Shown here piece by piece: positions 9,273 to 18,582 of a stretch of DNA of 64,000 nt. Numbering within the stretch: position 1 is the first letter of the stretch; each line of letters begins with the position of its first letter. The position numbers and the translations under genes were made by a program. The stretch is from Pseudomonadota bacterium (GTDB lineage Bacteria; Bdellovibrionota_G; JALEGL01; DATDPG01): assembly GCA_043809315.1 (NCBI GenBank), contig JAZDDX010000007.1, forward strand, positions 71,076 through 135,075, read 5' to 3'. The notes under the pieces are model-generated. The model saw only the letters and a list, made by a program, of their open reading frames with translations, searched no databases and was not told where the DNA came from.

Positions 9273-11157
9273 TCCAACGACCGTTCCGCCGGATCAGGTC
9301 GATCAGGCGGCCGTCCGCCTCGGACTCCGGGATCTGCCGTTCGATGCACTCCCGGCCGACATACAGGTTGATGTGGCCGGGGCCGGAACCGACATACCCG
9401 AAGTCGGCGTCCGCCATCTCCCCCGGTCCGTTCACGATGCACCCCATGATCGCAATCTTGAGACCTTTCAAGTGTCCGGTTTGGGAGCGGATCCGCGCCG
9501 TCGTCGTCTGGAGATCGAACAGCGTCCGGCCGCAGGAAGGGCAGGCGATGTACTCGGTCTTCGACATCCGGACGCGCGCGGCTTGCAGGACACCGAACGA
9601 AAGACGGTGGTTGAACGAAACCTCCTCCCGCGAGGAGACCTCCACGCTGTCGCCGATCCCGTCGCAGAGAAGCGATCCGATCTCGGTCGGAACGCGGATC
9701 AGGAGGTCGTCCGCCGTGTCTTGAGAGGAAGCCGTATACCGGAGATGGATCGGCGGCCGGAGCTCTTCCTCGGCCAGCTTCGCCACGGCACTCCGCCCGA
9801 GCGAGATCAGCTCTCTCCCTTCGAGCTCGAGCCCCGCCTGGATCTTCCGGAACCCCCTCAAGAACCGGATCGCCTGGTCGACCTCTTCTTCCTTTGCGGC
9901 GCGGATCCAGACGATTCGACCTTCGAGAGAGTGCGCAAGCTTCTCGGCGTACGCCTTTTCCAGCCAAGCGTTCGACGGACGGATCGATAACTCGTTCGTC
10001 CGGAGAGTGGGGGACCTCAAATCCAGAGGGCGATCGGAGTCGGGGCGTAAAACCGACGAGCAACGGTCGGGAAGATCGATGGGGGAGTCGACTACGGCCG
10101 CTTCGATCGGCGGCTCGAGGGTCACGAATCGTCCCTTCGGAAGTTCGGTCCGGACCCGGACCGTCTCGCGACCGCCGACCGATTGCGGACCCGCATGGAG
10201 CGCCTCGCTCAGACGACGGGCGTACGAATAAGGATCCCAGGTCGGATGAACCTCCTTCGTCCCTTTCGATTCGAACCCCCGCTCGTAATGACGAAGGAGC
10301 GTGCGAGCCACGGGGATTTCAGCCTCCGATTCTTCGGTCAGAGAGACCCGGATCGTGTCGCCGAGACCGTCGGACAGGAGGGCGCCGATTCCAAGCGCCG
10401 ACTTCACCCTGCCCTCTTCCCCGTCCCCCGCCTCGGTCACGCCGAGATGGAGCGGGTAGTTCATTTTCTCGTCATCCATCCGGGCGACCAGAAGCCGGTA
10501 GGCCTGGATCATGACGACCGGGTTCGAAGCCTTCATCGAGATTACGATTTCGTGAAACCGTTCCTCTTCCGCGATCCGGACGAACTCGAGGGCCGATTCG
10601 ACCATCCCGAGCGGCGTGTCGCCGAAGCGGTTCAGGATCCGGTCGGAAAGCGAGCCGTGATTGGTGCCGATCCGGAGCGCCACCCCCCGCTCCTTCGCGC
10701 GCCGGACGATCGGAAGAAATGCCGTCCGGATCCGTGCCAGCTCGCTCTCGTATTCCGAATCGGTGTACTCCCGCGTGACGAATTTTTTCCGGTCGGCCAG
10801 GTTCCCCGGGTTGATCCGGACTTTTTCGACCAAATCACATGCGCGAAGGGCAAGTTCGGGAAGAAAATGGACGTCGGCGGCGAGCGGGACCGTGATCCCG
10901 CGTCGTTTCATCTCGACGCGCAGGTTGGGGAGGTTCTCGACATCCGCCACCCCCGGAGTCGTCACGCGAACGATCTCGCACCCGACGTTCACGAGCCTCT
11001 CGATCTGATCGACCGTCCGGATCGTGTCGGTCGTCGGGGTCGTCGTCATCGACTGAACCACGACCGGATGTTTCCCGCCGATCACGACATTTCCGACCCG
11101 GACTTCGCGCGTCAACCTGCGGATGGGGGAGAGAAACGATGGAACGTATGGGCGCAT
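9256..11157 (-). CDS. ispG: HMBPP synthase IspG/GcpE, long form with central insertion
   Basis: VQSMT, RINPGN, RIGTNHGSLS, LHLGVTEAG, GDTIRVSL, CPSCGR, AIMGCIVNGPGE. Confidence 0.96.
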   Translation of the reverse strand: MRPYVPSFLSPIRRLTREVRVGNVVIGGKHPVVVQSMTTTPTTDTIRTVDQIERLVNVGCEIVRVTTPGVADVENLPNLRVEMKRRGITVPLAADVHFLPELALRACDLVEKVRINPGNLADRKKFVTREYTDSEYESELARIRTAFLPIVRRAKERGVALRIGTNHGSLSDRILNRFGDTPLGMVESALEFVRIAEEERFHEIVISMKASNPVVMIQAYRLLVARMDDEKMNYPLHLGVTEAGDGEEGRVKSALGIGALLSDGLGDTIRVSLTEESEAEIPVARTLLRHYERGFESKGTKEVHPTWDPYSYARRLSEALHAGPQSVGGRETVRVRTELPKGRFVTLEPPIEAAVVDSPIDLPDRCSSVLRPDSDRPLDLRSPTLRTNELSIRPSNAWLEKAYAEKLAHSLEGRIVWIRAAKEEEVDQAIRFLRGFRKIQAGLELEGRELISLGRSAVAKLAEEELRPPIHLRYTASSQDTADDLLIRVPTEIGSLLCDGIGDSVEVSSREEVSFNHRLSFGVLQAARVRMSKTEYIACPSCGRTLFDLQTTTARIRSQTGHLKGLKIAIMGCIVNGPGEMADADFGYVGSGPGHINLYVGRECIERQIPESEADGRLIDLIRRNGRWIDPPS

Positions 11158-11246
11158 GATCCCTTCTGCGGCTCCGCCGCCAGGGGAGAAAACACCATCT
11201 CTCCCCCTTTTGTAAAGGGGTCCGAGCCGGGGTACGATCCGCCGCC

Positions 11247-11840
11247 ATGAACCTCCCGCTCAAAGAAGGATCGAAAGATTGGTGGGCCCAGCATTACGCG
11301 AAGTCGACCGACCTCCTGTACGGCAAAGCCCCTTCCCCATTTCTCGCCGACAACCTCTCTCTTCTGCGGAGAGGAGAGACGCTCGATGTCGGATCCGGGG
11401 AAGGGAGGAACGCGGTCTACCTGGCGCAAAAAGGGTTCACGGTGACCGGCCTCGATTTCACCGAGACTGCGATCGAACGGGCGAAAAAACTGGCCGTCGA
11501 GACCGGGGTTGCGGCCGAGTTCAAATCGCAGGACCTCGATTTCTTTCTGATTCCGCTGATGAAGTACGACACGATCGTGGTTTGCGACTACCACCCGCAG
11601 CTGACGCTCATGAAGAATCTCGCCCGCGGCCTCAATAAGGGGGGAACGCTGCTGGTCGAAGGGTACACCGTGGAACAGCTCCGTCTGGAGCAGGGGATCA
11701 AGCCGGAACCGTTCGAATGCTTCCGGCCGAACGAAGCGCTCGAGCATGTCCGCGAACTGCACTTGGTTTTTTACAACGAACGACAGATCTCGCCGAAAGA
11801 GGCGCGCGTCCAGCTGATCGCGCGCAAGCCGCTCAGGTAA
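11247..11840 (+). CDS. Class I SAM-dependent methyltransferase (TehB-like)
   Basis: LDVGSGEGRNAVYLA, VTGLD motifs. Confidence 0.88.
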   Translation: MNLPLKEGSKDWWAQHYAKSTDLLYGKAPSPFLADNLSLLRRGETLDVGSGEGRNAVYLAQKGFTVTGLDFTETAIERAKKLAVETGVAAEFKSQDLDFFLIPLMKYDTIVVCDYHPQLTLMKNLARGLNKGGTLLVEGYTVEQLRLEQGIKPEPFECFRPNEALEHVRELHLVFYNERQISPKEARVQLIARKPLR

Positions 11841-12234
11841 CCGCTTCGAGCCGCGGCGTAAACGGCGATTCGTTCACGAGCCAGACCGATTTCGGCCGGA
11901 TCTCCCGCCCCGCGATCTTCGTCTCCAGAAGGTTCTTTACCGCCGATTCCGTCACCGCGATGTAGAACTCCCACTTCTTCTCCGCGCAATATTTCGACAA
12001 TGCTTCCAAACGCGGGATCTCTTCGTCGTCTTCGAACGAATCGGGGGCAATCACTTCGATCAGAAGGCGAGCCTTTCCCTCTTTCCGGAGTGTCGTCACG
12101 TCGGGGTAGAACCTCCCGATCAGGTCGGTCTTCACGTCACTGGAAGGGATCGTGTACTTGAGGAGCCCGTAGCCTGGGTCTCGGTCGATCGTAAGCGCCA
12201 GCTGCTTCACATATCCGTCGTGGTCCAGGTTCAT
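11833..12234 (-). CDS. Small PD-(D/E)xK-fold protein resembling TnsA N-terminal/T4 gp4-like nucleases, apparently degenerate
   Basis: ATG at 12234. FYPDVTTLRKEGKARLLIEV and YCAEKKWEFYIAVTE match the YxPD...IEVK and ..C..GWEF..TE pattern; the expected Lys is Ile. Confidence 0.5.
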   Translation of the reverse strand: MNLDHDGYVKQLALTIDRDPGYGLLKYTIPSSDVKTDLIGRFYPDVTTLRKEGKARLLIEVIAPDSFEDDEEIPRLEALSKYCAEKKWEFYIAVTESAVKNLLETKIAGREIRPKSVWLVNESPFTPRLEAVT

Positions 12235-12281
12235 GGGGTCTGTCGCTATCAGGGGGAGACTCCGGAAGTCAAAGGGGGCTG

Positions 12282-12584
12282 TCAGTCGCCATTCCGGCTT
12301 CCGGCTTTTCCAATCAACCGGATCGTCAACCGACAATCGACGTATCGCGCAGCTTTCGCCATCGTTTCGAGTGAAATCCCCGTGTGGTCGTTGAACAGCC
12401 GTTCCGTCGTGCTGGAACTCCTGAAGAGCCGCCGGAGACCGCTCTTCTTCTTGTGCATTAACTTCATTCTTCTGTGAAGTTGGTAGGCGAACGCCTTCTT
12501 GGCCGCCCTGGCAGCCACCTCCGCGGATATTCCCTCCTCTTCCAGAAACGTTTCGAACGACGTTCCGACGTGCCTGTGCTTCAT
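12282..12584 (-). CDS. XRE/HTH antitoxin (HigA-like)
   Basis: HVGTSFETFLEEEGI...AKKAFAYQL N-terminus and ISLETMAKAA..V.C.L.I.L C-terminus typical of this family; 4-bp overlap with the toxin. Confidence 0.8.
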   Translation of the reverse strand: MKHRHVGTSFETFLEEEGISAEVAARAAKKAFAYQLHRRMKLMHKKKSGLRRLFRSSSTTERLFNDHTGISLETMAKAARYVDCRLTIRLIGKAGSRNGD

Positions 12585-13000
12585 CTTCTTTCACCCTTCT
12601 TTCGATCATTCTCCCGAATCGCTTGCTGAAGGTTCATCCACAGCTTCATTCGCTTCCACGCCAATTCGATTGTTCCATCGGGTAGTTTTCGACTCTTCTT
12701 TGGAACAAAATGCACGAGAATCATTCGATTCTCATAGACGAAGAACAGTGTGCGATATTCGTTGCCATCGACCCTATGTCGGACTTCATAGACGGTCCTT
12801 TCCGTTCTCCGATTCCCCGACCGCAAACGATCCACATACGGCCGGTCTACTCTCCAGTGTTCCTCTACAAACCGGATATCCGACCCAATTTCCGTACTCG
12901 CCGGCTTACCGAGAGCTCTGATCTCCTCCCGAACCGGCTCATTCCCCGCTTCCGTGCGAAAGAACTCCGCATGGATCTTCTTATCCGTCCGTTCAACCAT
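12581..13000 (-). CDS. RelE/HigB-like type II toxin (Gp49-like/DUF891)
   Basis: FFRTEAGNEPVRE, YEVR, YRTLF, LVHFVPKKSRKLP...ELAWKR. Confidence 0.85.
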   Translation of the reverse strand: MVERTDKKIHAEFFRTEAGNEPVREEIRALGKPASTEIGSDIRFVEEHWRVDRPYVDRLRSGNRRTERTVYEVRHRVDGNEYRTLFFVYENRMILVHFVPKKSRKLPDGTIELAWKRMKLWMNLQQAIRENDRKKGERR

Positions 13001-13004
13001 TTCG

Positions 13005-13033
13005 ATTGTCCTTTAAAAGAGACATCTCGTCAA
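13005..13033 (-). promoter_or_regulatory. TA promoter (TTGACG-N17-GACAAT) with overlapping TGTC-N10-GACA inverted repeat (13007-13024), a candidate antitoxin operator
   Basis: Plus strand TGTCCTTTAAAAGAGACA, immediately upstream of the toxin ATG. Confidence 0.6.
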
Positions 13034-13050
13034 CCCCCTGGCATTACTCC

Positions 13051-14547
13051 TCAGGCGCGGTACTGCAACGCCTCCGCGACATGGGGATGGGAGACTTTCT
13101 CGACCTCTTCCAGGTCGGCGATCGTCCTCGCTACGCGGAGGATCTTGTCGACGCCGCGGGCGGAAAGACCGATCTTCTCGATCGCCCCTTCGAGCAATTT
13201 TTCCGACGTCCGATCGAGCGTCACCTCCTCACGGATCTGCCGGGGGGTAAGCATCCCGTTCCAGAGCGGTTCCCCTTTTCGTCGCTCGAATTGGCGTTCG
13301 CGAGCCCGGACGATCCGTCGACGAATCACCTCACTTTTTTCGGCGGAGGAGTTCCCCCAGATCTCCCGCCAGGCGGGACGGGGAAGGCTCACGAAGAGAT
13401 CGAGACGATCGCGGATCGGGCCGGAGACGTGGTTCCGGTACCGGTCGAGAACGGGGGGAGGACAGACACACGGTTTTGTCGGATCCCCCAAGCCACCGCA
13501 CGGACAGAGGTTCATCGCCCCGACCAGAAGAAACCGTCCTGGAAGGCGATGGCTCATTTCCGCACGGCTGACCGTGACGATCCCCTCTTCGAGCGGCTCC
13601 CGGAGCGCTTCGACGACATCCCTCCGGAACTCCGCCATCTCGTCGAGAAAGAGAACCCCGCGGTGCGCGAGGGTGAACTCCCCCGGGCGGAACGGCCTGC
13701 CGCCGCCGATCATCCCGGCGATCGAAGCGTGGTGGTGCGGTGCCCGGAACGGGGGAACCCCCGAGCGGGGGAAAGCCGAATCAAACCCTGCGACGCTATA
13801 GATCCGCCGAACGTCGTTTCGCTCCCCATCCGTCAGCGGAGGAAGGATCGTCGGCAACCGCCGCGCCAGGAGCGTCTTCCCCACCCCCGGCGGCCCTCCC
13901 ATCAGAACGTTGTGCGCGCCGGCTGCTGCGATCTCGAGCGATCGCTTCGCGATTTCCTGCCCCCCGACTTCGGAGAAGTCGACCGTGAACGGTTCCGCCG
14001 GAGCCTCGAACACGGGCGAAACCCGGGGGCACGGGATCTCCCCGCGCAACGAGCAAACCAGCTCCCGCAACGAAGTCGGTGCGACGACGGAAATCCCCCC
14101 GACCAGCGACGCCTCGCCCGCGCTCGGTCGCGGGAGGACGATCCCCTTCCACTCGTTCCGCCTCGCGAGATCGGCGTAAGCGAAAGCGCCACGGATCGGA
14201 CATAGCGTACCGTCCAAGGAGAGCTCCCCGAGGGCCAGATACCCGTCGGTCGAAGAGGGCGGAATCTCAGACACCGCCAGGAGAAGCCCGAGGGCGATGG
14301 TCAGGTCGAGCGCCGCCCCCTCCTTCCGGATCGACGCGGGGGCCAGGTTCACCGTGACCCGTTTCGGCCCCCAGAAGAAGCCGCTTGCCCGCAGCGCCGA
14401 GAGGACCCGATTCCGCCCCTCCTGCACCGAGCTGTGCGCCAGCCCGACGATTTCGAACTTCGGAAGTCCCCGGGCGACGTCGGTTTCGACCGTCACAACG
14501 AACGGTTCGACCCCTCCTAGGCCCGCCCCGTAAATCCTGGAGATCAT
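13051..14547 (-). CDS. comM: YifB/ComM Mg-chelatase-like AAA+ ATPase
   Basis: VNLAPA..KEG..DL, GPPGVGKT, PFRAPHH, PGEFTLAHRGVLFLDE, LCPCG, LSARG, EALQYR. Start placed at ATG 14547. Confidence 0.93.
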   Translation of the reverse strand: MISRIYGAGLGGVEPFVVTVETDVARGLPKFEIVGLAHSSVQEGRNRVLSALRASGFFWGPKRVTVNLAPASIRKEGAALDLTIALGLLLAVSEIPPSSTDGYLALGELSLDGTLCPIRGAFAYADLARRNEWKGIVLPRPSAGEASLVGGISVVAPTSLRELVCSLRGEIPCPRVSPVFEAPAEPFTVDFSEVGGQEIAKRSLEIAAAGAHNVLMGGPPGVGKTLLARRLPTILPPLTDGERNDVRRIYSVAGFDSAFPRSGVPPFRAPHHHASIAGMIGGGRPFRPGEFTLAHRGVLFLDEMAEFRRDVVEALREPLEEGIVTVSRAEMSHRLPGRFLLVGAMNLCPCGGLGDPTKPCVCPPPVLDRYRNHVSGPIRDRLDLFVSLPRPAWREIWGNSSAEKSEVIRRRIVRARERQFERRKGEPLWNGMLTPRQIREEVTLDRTSEKLLEGAIEKIGLSARGVDKILRVARTIADLEEVEKVSHPHVAEALQYRA

Positions 14548-14643
14548 TCCGATTCGTCGGAAAGCAGAAAGGATGCCAACCATTCCGTGCGAACGGCGGG
14601 AAAGGAGGGGGCGGTTTCCGGTCCCCGCGGTCCGGATTCCGTC

Positions 14644-15081
14644 CTACTTCTTCTTTTTCTTGGAAGGCTTGTTCTTGAAGATCGGGATCGTGAGCCCCGG
14701 GTGGGTCGATTCCTCGCGCGGGGCGAATTCGACCTCAGCTTCAGTCCGCTCCGACTGTTCGATCGACCGGAGAACCTCCTCGGAGGAGTAATCCTCGAGG
14801 CGGACCTCCACGGTCACATCCCCGAGCTGGAGCCGATCCCCGTGCTTAAGAACCGCCTTGGCCACCCGTTTTCCGTTCAGGATCACGCCGCTCAGGCTCT
14901 TCAAGTCGTAAATCGTGTACCCCTCTTCCCGCTTTTTGACGTGCGCGTGCTGGCGGGAGACCGAGGGATCGCCGATACAGATGTCGTTGATCGACTGGAT
15001 CCGCCCAATGAAGATGTCCTCGTTCTCGGTGGAAAACGCGGTTTCCCCTCCGTTCGGCAGGCGGATGATGAATTTCGGCAC
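14644..15081 (-). CDS. Single FHA-domain protein with basic C-terminal tail
   Basis: IGR..NDI...VSRQHA...DLKSLSGV.LNG; GTG start at 15081. Confidence 0.85.
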   Translation of the reverse strand: MPKFIIRLPNGGETAFSTENEDIFIGRIQSINDICIGDPSVSRQHAHVKKREEGYTIYDLKSLSGVILNGKRVAKAVLKHGDRLQLGDVTVEVRLEDYSSEEVLRSIEQSERTEAEVEFAPREESTHPGLTIPIFKNKPSKKKKK

Positions 15082-15158
15082 GGGAGGATTCTCCCCGGCC
15101 TCCCTCCTCTTTGTCAAACCTTCCAACCCCCGCGGTTCGGAGGTAGATTGAAGCCCCG

Positions 15159-15566
15159 ATGCGTATCATTCGAACATTCTTCTGGCTCATGACTGCGGCG
15201 GTCCTGGTCGGTTCAGGGATCGTCTTCTACTGGCAGAATTCCCAGGAAATCGTTCTGAAGTTCGCCCACTGGACCTCCCCGCCGAGACCTATGGCTCTCG
15301 CAATGATCGTCGCTTTCGCGATCGGGGTCGTGGCGGCCGGGATTTATTTCTTGATCGACATCCTCCGGTTGCGGGCCCAGCTGCGAAAGGCGCGCCGGTT
15401 GGGCGATCTGTTGCAGCGCGAGTTGGACGCTCTCCGGAACGCCCCCCTCTATGACGAACTCCCCATCCCCTCGGCCCCGGGGCCGGGACCGTTCGACCAG
15501 CACTTAACGCACGAGGGACAACCGGAGGCATCGATCGATCTCATCGACCGGAAGAGGTTCCGGTAG
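15159..15566 (+). CDS. lapA: LapA (DUF1049) family membrane protein
   Basis: Two TM helices with F.WQN between them, followed by a coiled/basic segment; directly upstream of a LapB-like gene. Confidence 0.75.
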   Translation: MRIIRTFFWLMTAAVLVGSGIVFYWQNSQEIVLKFAHWTSPPRPMALAMIVAFAIGVVAAGIYFLIDILRLRAQLRKARRLGDLLQRELDALRNAPLYDELPIPSAPGPGPFDQHLTHEGQPEASIDLIDRKRFR

Positions 15567-16688
15567 ATGCTTCGGATCGTATCGAAGCGCCCCGACACCT
15601 CCCGGCTCCCGATCGAACCGCTCGGAGGGAGGATGTCGATCTCGTACCGCACCGCCGGGCAGCTCGGGATCGTGTCCGAACTGGAGCCGGTGATCGCGAC
15701 CCTGATCGCCCGCGTGGAAAAAGACCGCGACGCGATCGAGGATTACATTCTGATCGGGCGTCTCCTCCGGATCCGCGGGGAGGCCCGGCGCGCCCTCCGC
15801 CTTCACCGGAACCTCACCGTGCGGCCGAACCTGACCGGCGCGCAGAAGATCTTTCTCTTCACGGAGATCGGGCTCGATGTCGCGGCCTGCCGGGTCAAAG
15901 ACCGCGGCGAATCCTGGTTCCTGAAAGCGCTCGCCCTCTCGAAGAGCCATGTCCCCGCCCTCGAAGGGCTGGCCCGCACCTACGAACAGCTCGGATCGCA
16001 CGACAAGGCGGTCGAGATTCTCGCGCGCCTGATCCGTCTCGGACGGCCGGAACGGAGCCACCAGGCTCACGTTCTCTGCGAGCTCGCCCTCGCGCATCTC
16101 GGCCGGGGAACTGCGGGGCGCGCCAGGAGAGCGGTCGAGCGCGCGATCCGTTCCGACCCGAACTGCGCCTACGCCTACGTCGTTCTGTCGGACGTCTTCA
16201 TCGCCGCCCGACGGTACGATCGCGCGATCGCCGCGCTCCGGTCGTTTCTCGAGCGGTGGCCGGGCTTGAGCTTTCTCGCCCTCCGGCGCCTCGAGGATGT
16301 GCATTACCGGATGAACAACTTCCCGGGATACGAGGACACGCTCCGGTCGATGATCCGGACTTCTCCCGACAATTTCTACATCTACTTTTCCCTGGCGCGT
16401 CACCTTCGGAAAAAGCACCGCGACCGCGAGGCACTGGAATTTCTGAAACGATCCCTCGAGATCAACCCTCTCTACGTGAACTCCCTCCGGGACTCGATTC
16501 AACTCTTGGCCGGGGAGAAATCGGGGGACCTGACGGAGCAAACCGAATCGTTCTTCGAAGCGTTCAAACGCTCCCGAAGATTCGTCTGCCCGAAATGCCT
16601 CGAGCGGTACATCCCCGTGACCTGGAACTGCTCCAAGTGCGGCCACTGGGGATCGTTCGACATCCGCTACGAGCTCCCGGCCCCCTGA
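15567..16688 (+). CDS. lapB: LapB-like TPR protein with C-terminal rubredoxin-type motif
   Basis: GRLLRIRGEARRALRLHRNL, TPR repeats, FVCPKC...WNCSKCGHW. Confidence 0.8.
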   Translation: MLRIVSKRPDTSRLPIEPLGGRMSISYRTAGQLGIVSELEPVIATLIARVEKDRDAIEDYILIGRLLRIRGEARRALRLHRNLTVRPNLTGAQKIFLFTEIGLDVAACRVKDRGESWFLKALALSKSHVPALEGLARTYEQLGSHDKAVEILARLIRLGRPERSHQAHVLCELALAHLGRGTAGRARRAVERAIRSDPNCAYAYVVLSDVFIAARRYDRAIAALRSFLERWPGLSFLALRRLEDVHYRMNNFPGYEDTLRSMIRTSPDNFYIYFSLARHLRKKHRDREALEFLKRSLEINPLYVNSLRDSIQLLAGEKSGDLTEQTESFFEAFKRSRRFVCPKCLERYIPVTWNCSKCGHWGSFDIRYELPAP

Positions 16689-17227
16689 TCCGGATCGGGG
16701 ACCGGTCTCTGGATCGCCAGCAGGTTCCCGAAGTTGATTGCGAAGTGCATCACCACCGGTGCCAAAAGATTCCCTCGCCAGGCATAGAGACCCCCGAGTG
16801 CGAACCCGAGCGTCACGGCGAACAACGTCCAGGGGATGAATTTCCGTCCCGGGCCCACGTGAAGGAGGCCGAAAAAGACCGAGGTCGGGACGAATCCGAT
16901 CACTGCCTGCAGGAAGCCGCGGAAAAAGAACTCCTCCGCAACGGCGGAAAAGGCCGAAACGAGAAAGATTTCTTCCCGATTCAAGGGGCCCAGAATCTCC
17001 CGAAAGAGACGGGCCATCTCACGGAAGGCGGAAACCCGGCGGGTCAGAACCCGGGTTGCGAAGATTACGATCGCGGCGGCCGCCAGGGCCAGAATCAGGT
17101 CGATCCCGTAACGCGCGAGCCGATCCGGTCCTGCTTCGGGGAAACGGAAACGGTTTTTCGTTCCTCCCAGCCAGACCGCCGCTACGAACAAAACGAAATA
17201 GATCCCCCCGAGAAGCCGGACGTTCAT
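16667..17227 (-). CDS. CPBP (CAAX/Abi) intramembrane glutamic protease
   Basis: AEEFFFRG, FGLLH, HFAIN motifs. Start ATG 17227 (or 17254). Confidence 0.88.
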   Translation of the reverse strand: MNVRLLGGIYFVLFVAAVWLGGTKNRFRFPEAGPDRLARYGIDLILALAAAAIVIFATRVLTRRVSAFREMARLFREILGPLNREEIFLVSAFSAVAEEFFFRGFLQAVIGFVPTSVFFGLLHVGPGRKFIPWTLFAVTLGFALGGLYAWRGNLLAPVVMHFAINFGNLLAIQRPVPDPDQGAGSS

Positions 17228-17250
17228 GCGGGATCCGGAGGGGGATGCGG

Positions 17251-18582
17251 TCATGCGATCGAGCGGAGGGCCCCGAGAAGGAGACGGCTTTCCCGTTCGT
17301 TTGCGGGAACCCGCTTCCAAACTGCCCGGAGAATCGCACGTTCTCCGCGTGAAAAATCCGAACGATCGGCCAGCCTTCGTCCGAGGCGATACCCGATGCT
17401 GTGAGCCGCCTCCCACGAACTCCGCGGTTCCTCCTTCGGCCCGGAGAACCGGCGACCCGGGACGATCCAGGCGCTCGCGAAAAATGCGAGCGCCTCCTCC
17501 AGGGCCGCACGGTAGGGACCGAACGAAACCGAACGGACCCCGGCGAGGCGGACGAAATGGGCGGCCTCCTCCGCCAGATTCGCCCGGTCGAGGGTCGACA
17601 TCAGGACGATCCGTTCGGAGGGGATCACGGCACTCTCTCCGCGAATCAGACGCTGCCAAAGAAACCGTTTCACCCCCGGCCGTCCTTTTTTCCCGGCAAG
17701 AAAGCGGAAGACGCTCCCGTCGAACGGCGTCAAGAACGCTCGGGGAGGTCCCGGAGATCTCCCCTTTGATCGTCGGACGATCTTCTCCACGGCGTTCGTG
17801 AACGCGGCGCGGAGTTCGGAAGGGTCGATCAGCGGCCCCTCTTTCGCACTCCAGGCCCGATGCCCTTCCAGAGTGACGAGGGGAGAACGTCCTACGAATG
17901 CGAACGTGTCGGGGAAAGGGCGGATCCATCCGTTCGTTCGCCCGCACCTCCAGCGGGTCTCCGCCGCCTCGAGAAGGACGAACCCGGCCTCGATTCTACG
18001 GCGGACGAGGAGTTTCGGAAGATGATCCGGTGCAAGCCGCAGGGCCCCGGTCCATACGACGATCCGGTCCCCGTTCTTCGTTGTCCGGGAGATTTCACGG
18101 ACCAGTCGCTGGTCTTGCTGTGCGAACGAACTTTCTCCCCCGCACGGAACGATTCGCCACTTGCGCCTTTTTGCCATGTCCAGAATGAGGGCGGCTCCAC
18201 CCTCGGGGAATTTGTCGCTCCGCTCCTCGAGCTTGAGCCCGCGGAGAATTTCCCTACAACCTCCGTTTCGAAAGTAACGGTGAATCGCGGAAGCTTTCGC
18301 TGCCGGAAATCGGTCGGTGATCAGAACCGTTCCGGGTCCCAAGTGCAGGGAAGAGGAAAGCGCGATCAGGATCTTCTGATCGTCCGGCAGAAGCCGGTCG
18401 TCGCCGAAGACAACTGTTCGGCAATTTCGAAGGAAGCGAATCACCTGTGCGGTGGAAACCACCGGCCCGGTCGCTCGGAAAGCGGCTCGCGCCCGTCGTT
18501 CGTACGTTCCTCCGGCATCCTCGCGAAAAAGTTCGCGCCAGACGGAGTAAAGCGCTCGTTCTAGACCAAGGGGGGTTCGCAT
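17251..18582 (-). CDS. Hypothetical protein with ChaN-like N-terminal domain
   Basis: VVFGDD..LPDDQK, VWTGALRLAPDHLP, LAEEAAHFV, EEALAFFAS; ATG 18582 overlaps the upstream gene end. Confidence 0.55.
   Translation of the reverse strand: MRTPLGLERALYSVWRELFREDAGGTYERRARAAFRATGPVVSTAQVIRFLRNCRTVVFGDDRLLPDDQKILIALSSSLHLGPGTVLITDRFPAAKASAIHRYFRNGGCREILRGLKLEERSDKFPEGGAALILDMAKRRKWRIVPCGGESSFAQQDQRLVREISRTTKNGDRIVVWTGALRLAPDHLPKLLVRRRIEAGFVLLEAAETRWRCGRTNGWIRPFPDTFAFVGRSPLVTLEGHRAWSAKEGPLIDPSELRAAFTNAVEKIVRRSKGRSPGPPRAFLTPFDGSVFRFLAGKKGRPGVKRFLWQRLIRGESAVIPSERIVLMSTLDRANLAEEAAHFVRLAGVRSVSFGPYRAALEEALAFFASAWIVPGRRFSGPKEEPRSSWEAAHSIGYRLGRRLADRSDFSRGERAILRAVWKRVPANERESRLLLGALRSIA

Noticed and set aside
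12235-12609. Upstream half of the 258-aa ORF 11833-12609
   Set aside because: It overlaps the antitoxin in another frame; a promoter-like sequence and ATG at 12234 define a shorter gene.
13051-14547. comM interrupted by a mobile element
   Set aside because: The reading frame is intact through EALQYR, and no integrase or att duplication is visible.
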